Assembly: GCF_963921235.1 (NCBI RefSeq)
Contig: NC_086098.1
Coordinates: forward strand, 3,596,001 to 3,660,000
Source: Mobula hypostoma
Taxonomy: Eukaryota
Direction of reading: 5' to 3'
Length of the DNA: 64,000 bases
Every line of letters starts with the position of its first letter. Positions within the stretch are counted from its first letter, which is position 1. The notes under the pieces are model-generated. The model was not told the DNA's origin. It saw only the letters and a program-made list of their open reading frames with translations, and did not search any database. Positions 13,636 through 24,804 of the stretch are shown here, piece by piece. Position numbers and translations under genes: made by a program.

Positions 13636-13989
13636 GATAAGCATCTTTATATGTGAGGCTGAGAATAGGACATTCACATATTGGAGGTAACACTACCAAT
13701 AATATCTTTAAAAGGATAAGCAAAGCATAGTTACTGATGAGTGTGCACACTTGCCAGTTAACTTTATTGACTTCCGCATGTTCCTCTTCACGACCTGCAA
13801 ATTCACATCTCTTGCTTACAAAACTTCCTGATAACTGGAACTATTAAACCTTATAATGAGTGTCTGCCTTATTTCGATATTTACAAAAACTACAGTGAAC
13901 TATCAGGTCAGCAGAAAAGGTCATCAGCTGCAGCCGGCCATCACCGCAGGACCTGTATGTGTTCAGGGCAAAGAATCAGGCAGGAAAAG

Positions 13990-14343
13990 TCATTGTGTTC
14001 ACTCCCCTCCCTTCAAACTGCATCATGTTCACTCCCCTCCCCTCCCCTCCTTTCAAACTGCATCATGTTCACTCCCCTCCCCTCCCCTCCCCTCCCCTCC
14101 CCTCCCCTCCCCTCCCCTCCCCTCCCCTCCCTTCAAACTGCATCATGTTCACTCCTCTCCCCTCGCTTCAAACTGCATCATGTTCACTCCCCTCCCCTCC
14201 CCTCCTTTCAAACTGCATCATGTTCACTCCCCTCCCCTCCCCTCCCCTCCCTTCAAACTGCATCATGTTCACTCCTCTCCCCTCGCTTCAAACTGCATTG
14301 TGTTCACTCCCCTCCCCTCCCCTCCCCTCCCTTCAAACTGCAT
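13990..14343. repeat. Complex minisatellite: TTCAAACTGCATCATGTTCACT units separated by variable (CCCCT)n
   Basis: About 7 units directly visible. Confidence 0.95.
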
Positions 14344-14700
14344 TTTCCAAAAGCTCCCTTCTGGAAAGCCTTATAGGGCTATTCACACCATCTTAAAAGT
14401 TTCTTCCCATTGGTAGTTAATCTGATTAACCATTCTAGTTAGCCCCCCACACCCCCCTCTGTTACCTCAGTCGCTGCATTGCACTGTAAGCATTGCAAAC
14501 CATGATTTATAATACTGTTTGTATTGTAAATGCGTGCTGGTACTTATGAATTTATGCACATTTTATTCCATATTCACACTTTAAATACTAATTTATTTTT
14601 ATGGAGTTCTTTGTTCTTTATAATTGTTGAATGTTGATTTCTGTTGCATCTTACATCCTGAGCAACACACCACAGCAAATTCCTCGTGCACGGACATGTG

Positions 14701-15260
14701 CACTCAGTAGCCACTTTGTTAGGTACACTTCTACACCTGCTCTTTAATGCAAATATCTAATCAACCAATCACGTGGCAGCAACTCAATGCATAAAATCAT
14801 GTAGACATGGTCAAGAGGTTCAGTTGTTGTTCAGACCAAACATCAGAACGGGGAAGAAATGTGATCGAAGCAACTTTGACCATGGACTGATTGTTCGTAC
14901 CAGACGGGTGGTTTGAGTACCTCAGAAACTTTTGGGATCTCCTGGGGTTTTCACACACAACAGTCTCTAGAGATCACAGAGAATGGTGCGAGAAACAAAA
15001 ACCATCCAGTGAGCAGCAGTTCTGTGGGTGAAAATGCCTTGTTAATGACAGAGGTCAGGGGAGAATGGCCAGGCTATTTCAAGCTGACAGGAAGGTGACA
15101 GTAACTCAAATAACCACATTGGTGTGGGGAAAAGCATCTCTGAACACACAAGGTGTTGAACTTTGAAGCGGATGGGCTACAGCAGCTGAAGACTATGAAC
15201 ATTCACTCAGTGGCCACTTTATTAGGTACAGGATGTAACTCATAAAGTGGCCACTTAGTG
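14701..15260 (+). mobile_element. Non-autonomous Tc1-like DNA transposon
   Basis: TIR CACTCAGT(A/G)GCCACTTT.TTAGGTACA at 14701, inverted copy ending at 15260 followed by TA; decayed transposase N-terminal HTH; extra internal TIR at ~15204. Confidence 0.85.
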
Positions 15261-15826
15261 TATATTGTGAATAAAATTGATCGTTGATCTTTGATTTAAT
15301 TCTAGAATTTCAAGAAGCTGACCCAAAAGGATACTGTAATCATTTCTGAATCGGAAACTACATAAAATCCAGTAAAAATATTGACAAATAATAAACAAAA
15401 TAAGTAAACAGATTAGCATACACAAAAAGCTGGAGGAACTCAGCAGACCAGGCAGCATCTATGGAAGGGAATAAAGAGTGGATGTTTCTGGTCACCCTCC
15501 CTCAGGACTGGATGTTGCTCTGGGTTTCTAGCATCTGCAGAATCTTTTGTGTTTATGAATAAACAAATTCTGTTTAATACAAAGAAAACCAGTACTCTGG
15601 GATGATAAGGAAGAGATTTTTTTTTGAAAGTGAATGATAAGACTTCAGGGCAGACTGTATTTATAACTAATGGATTTGAGAGAGCTCTCTTTATGGCAAC
15701 GTTATTATTGCTGACTTTTTGAAGAGAATAATCAAGCTTTATAAAAAATGACAAAGCTGCTCGGTATGTAAAGGGCTTGTCTGGCAAAGTACTGGGGGTG
15801 GATTCTAAAGTACCTTAAAGTACTAC

Positions 15827-15891
15827 CTGTCTACGTCTGCGATACAGGGAGACCCTTCATCGAAATGACGGCTTTCGAAAAGAACAGCCAT
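15827..15891 (-). CDS. Candidate first coding exon: MAVLFESRHFDEGSPCIADVD(R)
   Basis: aaaaATGG Kozak context, TATAAAAA about 35-40 nt upstream, donor AG|GTAGTA (weak). Ends in phase 2, compatible with 9138-9220. Confidence 0.2.
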
Positions 15892-17599
15892 TTTTAAACG
15901 AATCACTTGCTTCAAAATGTGCACTATTTTTATACATACATTAATTCATCCTTTTGACAAGTATAAAATTTGCCATTGACATTTAACGTCACCCCCTAGG
16001 CAACGGGTAAAATGAACTAGATTGTAATTTAATCTGCTAAAAAAAACAGTGGGGTGAACAATTTTCTGTCATTAAACTAGATAGCTAACATCACATTTTT
16101 TCTTAAATAAGATGTCTCTTTCTTCCGAACACCACTCGCCATCCCCCACACCCCACCACACTTCTCTCTAGACATCAGATTAAAGAGGTTGTAGATAAAC
16201 TGGCACTTCTTTTCTCCCCTCCCAAATCTTCTCTACAGTGTGTTTCTTTAATGGTCCCAAGTAAATGACTACCCAGAGGATAATTAAGCCCCGCGCTGTC
16301 GCATCATGTCAGGTCACAGCTGGGTTTAGTCAGTATTAACCTTTGGGGAGAATTCGAATATCAGTATCATTTAAAATTAAAGATGCGTAAGCAGCCATTT
16401 CTAAAGATGTTAGAAAAGTAATTGTCTGTAAATCGTTTGACCTTGGGATTTAATTGCATGCACAACACAGGTTCTGGCAAGATCTCTGATCCGGCCTTAT
16501 TGTCGCCGTTAATATTTTGCGGAATTTTGTCTGCACCCGACTACTGGATAGATCAGGCCTAATTACTCCCGAAGGTATTTTACATCTTTTTGACTGAAAA
16601 GGAGCAGTTTTTCCTTTTTTTTTCCACACTGGAAAACTAATCGGCTTTTTTTTTCGTCTCTCATTGTCCAAAATATTGCTTCAATTAAAATCAGGAAGGT
16701 AAGATCAGAAGATCGGACTGTAGCTCGAAGAGATTCTCCAGATGCTGGAAACCCCAAATAACACACACAAAATGCTGGAGGAACTCAGCAGGTCGGGCAG
16801 CATCCATGGAAATGAATAAACAGTCCATGTTTCCGGCCAAGACCCTTCTTCAGGGTTCTATTTCTAAAAAGATCATTCAAAATTATCTTTAAAACATTTT
16901 GTATCTTTTTGACTAAAGAGGAACAATTTTCTTTTTAGTTATCCACCAGAAAACTGATATACTTTTTTCATTATAGAACACAGGAACAGGTCCTTCAGCC
17001 CACGATGTTGTGTCAATCCAAGTTAGTAATCGAATTGCCAACATAACTAATGCCCTCCGTATCCTCCAGCATCTGCAGAATTGCTCGTGTTTGCCCCTCC
17101 GTATCCTTCCATTTTCCTCACATTCATGTGACTATCTAAACAGCTCTTAACAGTCCCTGATGTATGTGCCAACATATTCCTTCAATTAAAATCAGGAGGG
17201 TGGATCAGGAGAGATCTAACGTAGATTCCTAAAATTAGTTTTAAAACAGTATGGGAATAATTTCTTTACCCAAAGAGTTACTGATGTTTGAAATAATTTG
17301 CTAGGTATATCGATGGTAACGCACCCATTAACACCTCTTCAAGACACAATTGAAATGTTAAATGAGAATGGAAAGGTTCTATAAAGTGATAAGTTTCGTG
17401 TCATCAGGCTGATGCTGAACAATGCGCAAATAATGAGTTGCCAGCACGTTAATAGATCTAAAGCTGAATTAAAGCTTACAACACGAATAAACCTAAGTTA
17501 AATTATGCAAGATCCTTTTTCTTTTTGGTAGAGGAAGACAGCGAATCTGTTTTCCATGGTCAGTATTCCATGACTTTTTTAGGAAATAATGCCAAGCAT

Positions 17600-17905
17600 T
17601 TTCTTCCTTTCTGTCTCTCCCTCACCTTCTCTCTCTCTGTCTTCTTCCCTTTCTCTCTCACTCTCTATCACCTTGTCTTTTTCTCTCTTCCTTTCTCTTT
17701 CTCTCTGTCATTCTCTCTCTCCCTCCCTCCTCCTCCCCTTTCTCTCTCCCTCACCTTCTCTTTCTCTCTATCTTTCCCTCTCTCTTTTCTTTCTCTCACT
17801 CTCCCTCCCTCCCTCTCTCTCCCCATTCTCTCTCTCTCTTCCTCACCTTCTCTTTCTCTCTCGTTCCCTCCCTCTTTCTCTCACTCTCCCTCCTTCATCC
17901 ATCTC

Positions 17906-17936
<31 letters not shown>

Positions 17937-17940
17937 CACA

Positions 17941-17981
<41 letters not shown>
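17600..17981. repeat. Polypyrimidine (CT-rich) tract followed by (CA)n
   Basis: Directly visible. Confidence 0.95.
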
Positions 17982-17983
<2 letters not shown>

Positions 17984-18689
17984 TAATGAAGCAAATATCT
18001 GATAATTGATATCATATCACACAATTTTCATCGGTATGTGGATGGACACATAAATATATTACAGCAATAGGGGGCAATAGCTTTTGTTCTGACACAATCC
18101 GAACAACATTCTAGCTGATGAAGCAAATAGCTTTGTTATAAAAAATTGCAGAGTACTTCATTTTTATTACACAAGCCCACCGCTCAGTTCCATAGAATGT
18201 CCTGTAACACAAAGAGCCAAAGAGCAGAAACAGAGAGAACACTATTGCAGTTGAATGTGAAAGCACAAACTCAGTGTACAATGCCTTCGTTTTGTTATAC
18301 AGAGTAATCCACAGACAATTCTATACCCTAGACACTGCCACATATTCTTTCTGCAGAATCAGGATTCAATATACTCAGGGAGGGCTGGTATTTTGTACAT
18401 AGTTGCTTCATATGCACCATATGGTCTCTGTTATAGTTAGTGCCTTTTCATAGTACATGCCTCTCCCGTTACTTGTATCTAAGTTTAGTATTAGTTATAT
18501 CTGGTTATAGTTATTTCAATAAAATAGATTTGTCACTTACTTTGCTTGACAATATGACTTACACGTGAAACACAGAAATGCTTTATGATATATCTACAAA
18601 TTTCTAAGTTTCAGGACACCCAACAGCCACTGAAAAGTTTGAACAAATATAAATGAGTGAAAGATGCCACGTATTTAATATTTTTAAAT

Positions 18690-18945
18690 GTATTATTTAT
18701 TGAGACAGTATGGAATAGCCCTTCCAGCCCTTCAAGCGGCACCACCTAACAGCCCACCGGTTAACCTGAGCCTAATCACAGGACAAATTGCAATGACCAA
18801 TTAACCGAACAACCAGTACGTCTTTGGACTGTGGGAGGAAACCAGAGATCCTGGAGGAAACCCACGCGGTCATGGGGAGAATGTACAAATTCTTTACAGG
18901 TAGTGGTGGGAAATGATCCAGAGTCGCTGGTACTGTAAAGTGTCA
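18690..18945 (-). mobile_element. HE1/V-type SINE
   Basis: Reverse complement of the V-domain: tctttggactgtgggaggaaaccagagatcctggaggaaacccacgc. Confidence 0.75.
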
Positions 18946-19466
18946 TTCAGGTTATATTTCGAACAAGTACTGGAATTGCGAGGCACCTGACTGCATGATC
19001 TACAAAGGATTGTGAGGCTGCTGAGAGGATCAACAGAGTCTCCCTTTCACACATCTGAGATATTTATCAGGAGCGCTCCTAGCATTGTCCCCTCCCCATC
19101 TGTCCCACAACAACTTTGACTCCCCCCGTCCCCACCATCAGGCAGGAGGTACAGTAGCATTAGGACAAGAACTGTTCGGATGGGAAACAGCTTCTTCCCC
19201 CCAGCCGTGAGGTCACTGAACTCCCGGCCACCACCCAGGTCTCATCACGTATGAAGCACCAGTTGTATTATACTTGTTACTTTTTGACTTGTGTTGTAAA
19301 TGCACCTTATTATTTGTTAACTTATTTGTGGTAATATTATTTCACATGTTGTGTGTGTGAGTTATATGCGGTGTTGTACACCTTGGTCTGGAGAAACAAT
19401 GATTCATTTGTATACATGTGTACAGTTGAATGACAACAAACTTGAAATTTCACAACATTCTGCAGC

Positions 19467-19681
19467 CACTCAAAATTGCTGGAGGAACTCAGCAGGTCAG
19501 ACTGCATCTATGGAGAAGAATAAGTAGTCCACGTTTCAGACCAAGACCCTTCATCATGATTCTCAGACTGAAATGTCGACTGTTTAATCTTTTCCATAGA
19601 TGCTGCCTGACCTGCTGAATTCCTCCAGTATTTTGTATGTGTTGCTCTGGATTTCCAGCACCTGCAGAATCTCTTGTGTTT
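19467..19681. mobile_element. Palindromic ORF-less PLE mini-insertion (older copy)
   Basis: Two inverted pseudo-LTR ends; 12-bp TSD ACATTCTGCAGC at 19455-19466 and 19682-19693. Confidence 0.8.
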
Positions 19682-19905
19682 ACATTCTGCAGCAAATGAA
19701 AAGGTTCAACAAATATAAATGAGTGAAAGATGCCACAGATTTAATATTCGGGTTATATTTGAGAACAAGTGCTTTGTAATTTGACATACTTCTAAGGCAG
19801 CTTCAATATCATACATTACATGTGAGTAGGGACATACCTTGATGAAATAAAGATCTATCATTATTTGTTTTAGCTAAGCGAGCCAGTCAGTGAAGCAGAC
19901 ATCTG

Positions 19906-21037
19906 ACACAATAGGCTTATTCAGAAAGTCAGAAGGCATGGGATCCAGGGGAGTTTGGCCAGGTGGATTCAGAATTGGCTTGCCTGCAGAAGGCAGAGGG
20001 TGGTGGTGGAGGGAGTACATTCAGATTGGAGGATTGTGACTAGTGGTGTCCCACAAGGATCTGTTCTGGGACCTCTACTTTTCGTGATTTTTTTTAACGA
20101 CCTGGATGTGGGGGTAGAAGGGTGGGTTGGCAAGTTTGCAGACGACACAAAGGTTGGTGGTGTTGTAGATAGTGTAGAGGATTGTCAAAGATTGCAGAGA
20201 GACATTGATAGGATGCAGAAGTGGGCTGAGAAGTGGCAGATGGAGTTCAACCCGGAGAAGTGTGAGGTGGTACACTTTGGAAGGATAAACTCCAAGGCAG
20301 AGTACAAAGTAAATGGCAGAATACTTGGTAGTGTGGAGGAGCAGAGGGATCTCGGGGTACATGTCCACAGATCCCTGAAAGTTGCCTCACAGGTGGATAG
20401 GGTAGTTAAGAAAGCTTATGGGGTGTTAGCTTTCATAAGTCGAGGGATGGAGTTTAAGATTTGCAATGTAATGATGCAGCTCTATAAAACTCTGGTTAGG
20501 CCACACTTGGAGTACTGTGTCCAGTTCTGGTCACCTCACTATAGGAAGGATGTGGAAGCATTGGAAAGGGTACAGAGGAGATTTACCAGGATGCTGCCTG
20601 GTTTAGAAAGTATGTATTATGATCAGAGATTAAGGGAGCTAGGGCTTTACTCTTTGGAGAGAAGGAGGATGAGAGGAGACATGATAGAGGTGTACAAGAT
20701 AATAAGAGGAATAGATAGAGTGGATAGCCAGCGCCTCTTCCCCAGGGCACCATTGCTTAATACAAGAGGACATGGCTTTAAGGTAAGGGGTGGGAAGTTC
20801 AAGGGGGATATTAGAGGAAGGTTTTTTACTCAGAGAGTGGTTGGTGCGTGGAATGCACTGCCTGAGTCAGTGGTGGAGGCAGATACACTAGTGAAGTTTA
20901 AGAGACTACTAGACAGGTATATGGAGGAATCTAAGTTGGGGGCTTATATGGGAGGCAGGGTTTGAGGGTCGGCACAACATTGTGGGCCGAAGGGCCTTAC
21001 TGTGCTGTACTATTCTATGTTCTATGTTCTATGTTCT
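19906..21037 (+). mobile_element. 5'-truncated CR1 LINE with an open RT C-terminal ORF (19955-20965)
   Basis: SGVPQGSVLGPLLF, KFADDTK and RFFTQRVVGAWNALP motifs; (TTCTATG)n tail. Confidence 0.95.
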
Positions 21038-22289
21038 TCTGCCAAGATAGCATGTCACAAAGACAAGAGTAGAAGTCAAGGTAAAATGTATTATTAAAGC
21101 ACATATATGTCACCACGAACTACCCTGAGATTTATTTTCTTGCAGGCATTTACAGAAAAATAAATAACTAGGGTAGAATTTACAAAAAAACATATATAAA
21201 AAAGACTGACAAATAAGAACAGTGGAAGAGAAGACAAATTAGAATATAGAAGATGGAAGAGTACAGCACAGGAACAGGCTTTCCAGCCCACAATGTTGTG
21301 CCGAACCAAACAAATTAGAAATCAAATGGCCAACTACCAATTCCTTATGCCTAAATAATGTCCATATCCTTCCATTTTCCTCAATTCACGTGCCTATCTA
21401 TACATGGCTTAAAAGTGCTGAACGTTACTGCCTCTGCTAGCACATTCCAGGAGCCCACCATGCTCTGTGTGAAAAACCTGCACCTCACATTTCCTTTCAA
21501 CTTACAATTGAAATGCATGCCTTCTGGTGTTAAATGTTTCATTTCAAATTGTGCAAATAGGTAAATGAATACTGAAAACATGACTTGGAAGTGAGTTTGT
21601 AGGTTGTGAAATCAGTGCATTGTTGAGGTGAGTGAAGTTATCCACACCGGTTCAGGAGCCTGATGGCTTTAGCCAAATGTGTTCTCCCGTGAGACTGCCA
21701 CTAAATTATTTAAAAATTATGCTTTATTTGGATAGGGTCAAAGTCAAATTTAATACAAAAGTAAGGATATGCTACCATATGTGATTAATTTTACAATAGA
21801 ATTTTACAAAAAACTATACACAAAGACTGACAAATAGCCGATGTGCAAAACAAGACAGATTGTGCAAATAAATAGAAAGTTAAAAAATTCCTGAGAGCAT
21901 GAGCTGTAAACAGTCCCCGAAAGTAAGTGCTTAGGTTGTGGAATCTGTGGTGAGTCACAGATATTGTCTTGTACGATCTGCACCACCTCTGTTACTCATT
22001 GTTCAGCAGGAAGTGGGGACGAATCAGATTCTTAACCACAATTCCAGCTAACACGATATACATTCCATTATCTTCGTTCAGATAAAGAAAACAAGGGTTT
22101 TATTGAAACCAGTATAGTCACTTTTATTTTGAGCCAAAGACCAGTTTTATGTCCATTCATTAGAATGAAAATTTACTACTGTTTCTTTTGCAAACAACAG
22201 GAATTCTGCAGATGCTGGAAATTCAAGCAATACACATCAAAGTTGCTGGTGAACGCAGCTGGCCAGGCAGCATCTGTAGGAAGAGGTGC

Positions 22290-22325
22290 AGTCGACGTTT
22301 CAGGCCGAGACCCTTCGTCAGGACT
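22290..22325 (-). ncRNA. Minimal type-I hammerhead ribozyme motif (PLE-associated)
   Basis: Reverse complement reads AGTC-CTGACGA-AGG(GTCTCGG)CCT-GAAA-CG-TC-GACT. Confidence 0.75.
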
Positions 22326-22347
22326 AACTTAGGACTAGGACTAAGTT

Positions 22348-22383
22348 AGTCCTGACGAAGGGTCTCGGCCTGAAACGTCGACT
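22348..22383 (+). ncRNA. Minimal type-I hammerhead ribozyme motif (PLE-associated)
   Basis: AGTC-CTGACGA-AGG(GTCTCGG)CCT-GAAA-CG-TC-GACT: CUGANGA and GAAA core boxes, stem I AGTC/GACT, GUC cleavage triplet. Confidence 0.75.
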
Positions 22384-23699
22384 GCACCTCTTCCTACAGA
22401 TGCTGCCTGGCCTGCTGCGTTCATCAGCAACTTTGATGTGTGTTACTGTTTCTTTTGAGTGACTTTGTCAATGGTAAATTCCATATTTTGTTTTTCTTAT
22501 ACTCTTACTTTAAAGACACAACTAGGAACAGCCCTTCCGGCCTAACGAACCGCACTGCCCAGCAACCACCTATTTAGTACTCGCCCAATCACAGGACAAT
22601 TTACAACATCTAGTTACGTAACGGTACGTCTTTGGAATGAGGGAGGAAACTGGAGCACCCAGAGGAAACCCACACAGTCATGGGGAGAACGTACAATATT
22701 TTTGTGACTGTATATTTATTGCTGTCTTATAGGTGCTATAAGTGACGTGTGCTGTGTGTGACTGTTGGTACTGTACTGTGTTTTTCACCTTGGCCGGGAA
22801 TAATGCTGTTTAATTTGGCTGTATTCATGTATGGTTGAATGACAACTAAATTTGAACCGGAATTCCAAACTCCGATGCCCTGAGCTGTAATAGTATTGCA
22901 CTAACCACTGCTCCCCCTCAAGAAGATCACAACCTTGTCATAGCTTGGAAGCTTGCATTGACCTGGAGAGCTCTGTGGCTGGAATCAGGGCTTTATGTTT
23001 TGGTTCTTGAGAAGGTTACCCATGCCAAATTGTAGAGGCCAGACAAAGAGTGATCGACTGATCCTCTGGGTTCAGGAGTACAACTCAGGGCTCACAACCC
23101 TGACTGGTCAAGCAAAACTGTTACAGAGACAGCAATGGAGAATCCGTCGACATCTAAGTGGCCAAGGACAGACAGGGATGGAGGACCTTTGTTGGTAGCC
23201 TATACGCCAGTGGTGTAACAGTCCGTAAGTAACTAACCGCTGTTCTACCGTATGGACAGGAGGATGTTGTAATATTGCCAATAAAATAGTGTAGGGTGGC
23301 ACAGTGACATGGCAGTCGGTGCCATCGCTTAACCACCCTCCCCCCAGCCATCATCGGTTGGTATTGATTTGATTCCTGCCGCTGTCCATAAGGAGTTTGT
23401 ACATTCTCCCCATGACTGGGGAGGTTTCCAGTCTCTGTATTGATAACATTCTGTGAATGTTTAGTATGTGTGCTTAAGGCTTAGGTTATAGACTGAGCCA
23501 GCTACCCTCACCTGGTTTAGCCCGCCTGCCAACTGGTGCTCCTAGTGAGATATCCAATGGATGAGATCTACGGTGAGATCCAACACCATAGCCCGCCTGC
23601 CAAACTGGTGCTCCTAGTGAGATATCCAATGTCTGTTTGGCAAGGTAAGTGGGTGAGTAGACTTATTTTTCCTGTTTCATTCGTGCAGAATTAGATAGC

Positions 23700-24662
23700 A
23701 TGCCTGCAGGGTTAGTGCTTTGTTCAGGGTGTCAGATGTGGGAATCCTGGGAGACTCCCAGCCTCCCTGATGGCCACATCTGCGCCAGGTGCACCGAGTT
23801 ACAGCTCCTCAGAGACCATGTTAGGGATCTGGAGCTGCAGCTTGATGACCTACTGCTTATCAGGGAAAGTGAAGAGGTGATAGACAGGAGCTACAGAGAG
23901 GTAGTCATCCCTCGGCTACAGGAGTCAGTAGTCATCCCTAGGCTACAGGAGTCAGAAAACTGGGTCACTGTCAGGAGAGGGAAGGAAAATGCCCAGATAG
24001 TGGAGAGCACCCCTGTGGCTGTCCCCCTCAGCAACAAATATCTTGTTCTGGATGCTGTTGAGGGGGATGACCTGACGGGGGATGTCCACGGTGACCGGGT
24101 CTCTGGCACTGAGCCTGGCGCTGTTGTGCAGGAGAGGAGGAGGGAGAAGAGAAATGCAGTAGTCGTGGGGGATTCCATAGTCAGGGGAACAGACAGGAGA
24201 TTCTGTGAGTCTGACAGAGATACCCGCATGGTGCGTTGCCTCCCAGGTGCCAGGGTACAGGATGTCTTGGATCGGGTCCTGAATATTCTAAAGGGGGAGG
24301 GTAAGCAGCCAGTTGTCTTGGTACATGTTGGTACCAATGACATAGATAGGACAAAGGAGGAGGTCCTGAAGAGAGATTTTCAGGAGTTAGGAAGGAAGCT
24401 GAGAAGCAGGACCTCCAGGGTAGTAATCTCGGGATTGCTACCTGTGCCACGTACTAGCGAGGGCAAGAGTAGTTGGATCAGGCAGATGAATGCGGGGCTG
24501 AGAGACTGGTGCAGGGGGCAGGGCTTCAAATTCTTGGATAATTGGGATCTCTTCTGGGGGAAGTATGACCTGTTCAAAAAGGACAGGTTACACCTGAACC
24601 CGAAGGGGACCAATATCCTGGCGGGAAAGTTTAATAGAGTTGTTAGGGAGGGTTTAAACTAA
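23700..24662 (+). CDS. CR1 ORF1 protein: N-terminal Cys/zinc-finger, coiled coil and SGNH esterase-like domain
   Basis: 320-aa ORF with CSGC..CARC, GDSIVRG, HVGTND and DRLHLN motifs; 27-bp in-frame duplication (VVIPRLQES x2). Confidence 0.9.
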   Translation: MPAGLVLCSGCQMWESWETPSLPDGHICARCTELQLLRDHVRDLELQLDDLLLIRESEEVIDRSYREVVIPRLQESVVIPRLQESENWVTVRRGKENAQIVESTPVAVPLSNKYLVLDAVEGDDLTGDVHGDRVSGTEPGAVVQERRREKRNAVVVGDSIVRGTDRRFCESDRDTRMVRCLPGARVQDVLDRVLNILKGEGKQPVVLVHVGTNDIDRTKEEVLKRDFQELGRKLRSRTSRVVISGLLPVPRTSEGKSSWIRQMNAGLRDWCRGQGFKFLDNWDLFWGKYDLFKKDRLHLNPKGTNILAGKFNRVVREGLN

Positions 24663-24804
24663 TTTGGCAGGGGGATGGGAACCGGAATGATAGAGTGGAG
24701 GAAGGGGAAAACAGAAATAAATCTAAGATAGTGAGCAGCAAAGATGTCAGGAAAGACAGGCAAGTGATGGGGCAAATGTGTAGCCATTGGGATGAGTTGC
24801 AGTG

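Larger units (their letters stand above)
22191..22443. mobile_element. Palindromic ORF-less PLE mini-insertion (young) carrying two hammerhead motifs
   Basis: Arms nearly identical to the pseudo-LTR of 44660-47008; 14-bp TSD TACTGTTTCTTTTG at 22177-22190 and 22444-22457. Confidence 0.9.

Noticed and set aside
13856..14416. Extensin-like Pro/Ser-rich ORFs, and a CRISPR-like repeat-spacer appearance
   Set aside because: Open in all three frames because of the (CCCCT)n minisatellite; spacers are not unique, there are no cas genes, and the context is eukaryotic.
17525..18002. Leu/Ser-rich membrane-like ORFs
   Set aside because: Polypyrimidine low-complexity tract.
18540..18593. Minus-strand segment with two GTAAGT donors, tested as convertase exon 2
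   Set aside because: The translation (IYHKAFLCFT...) does not resemble the pro-domain continuation.
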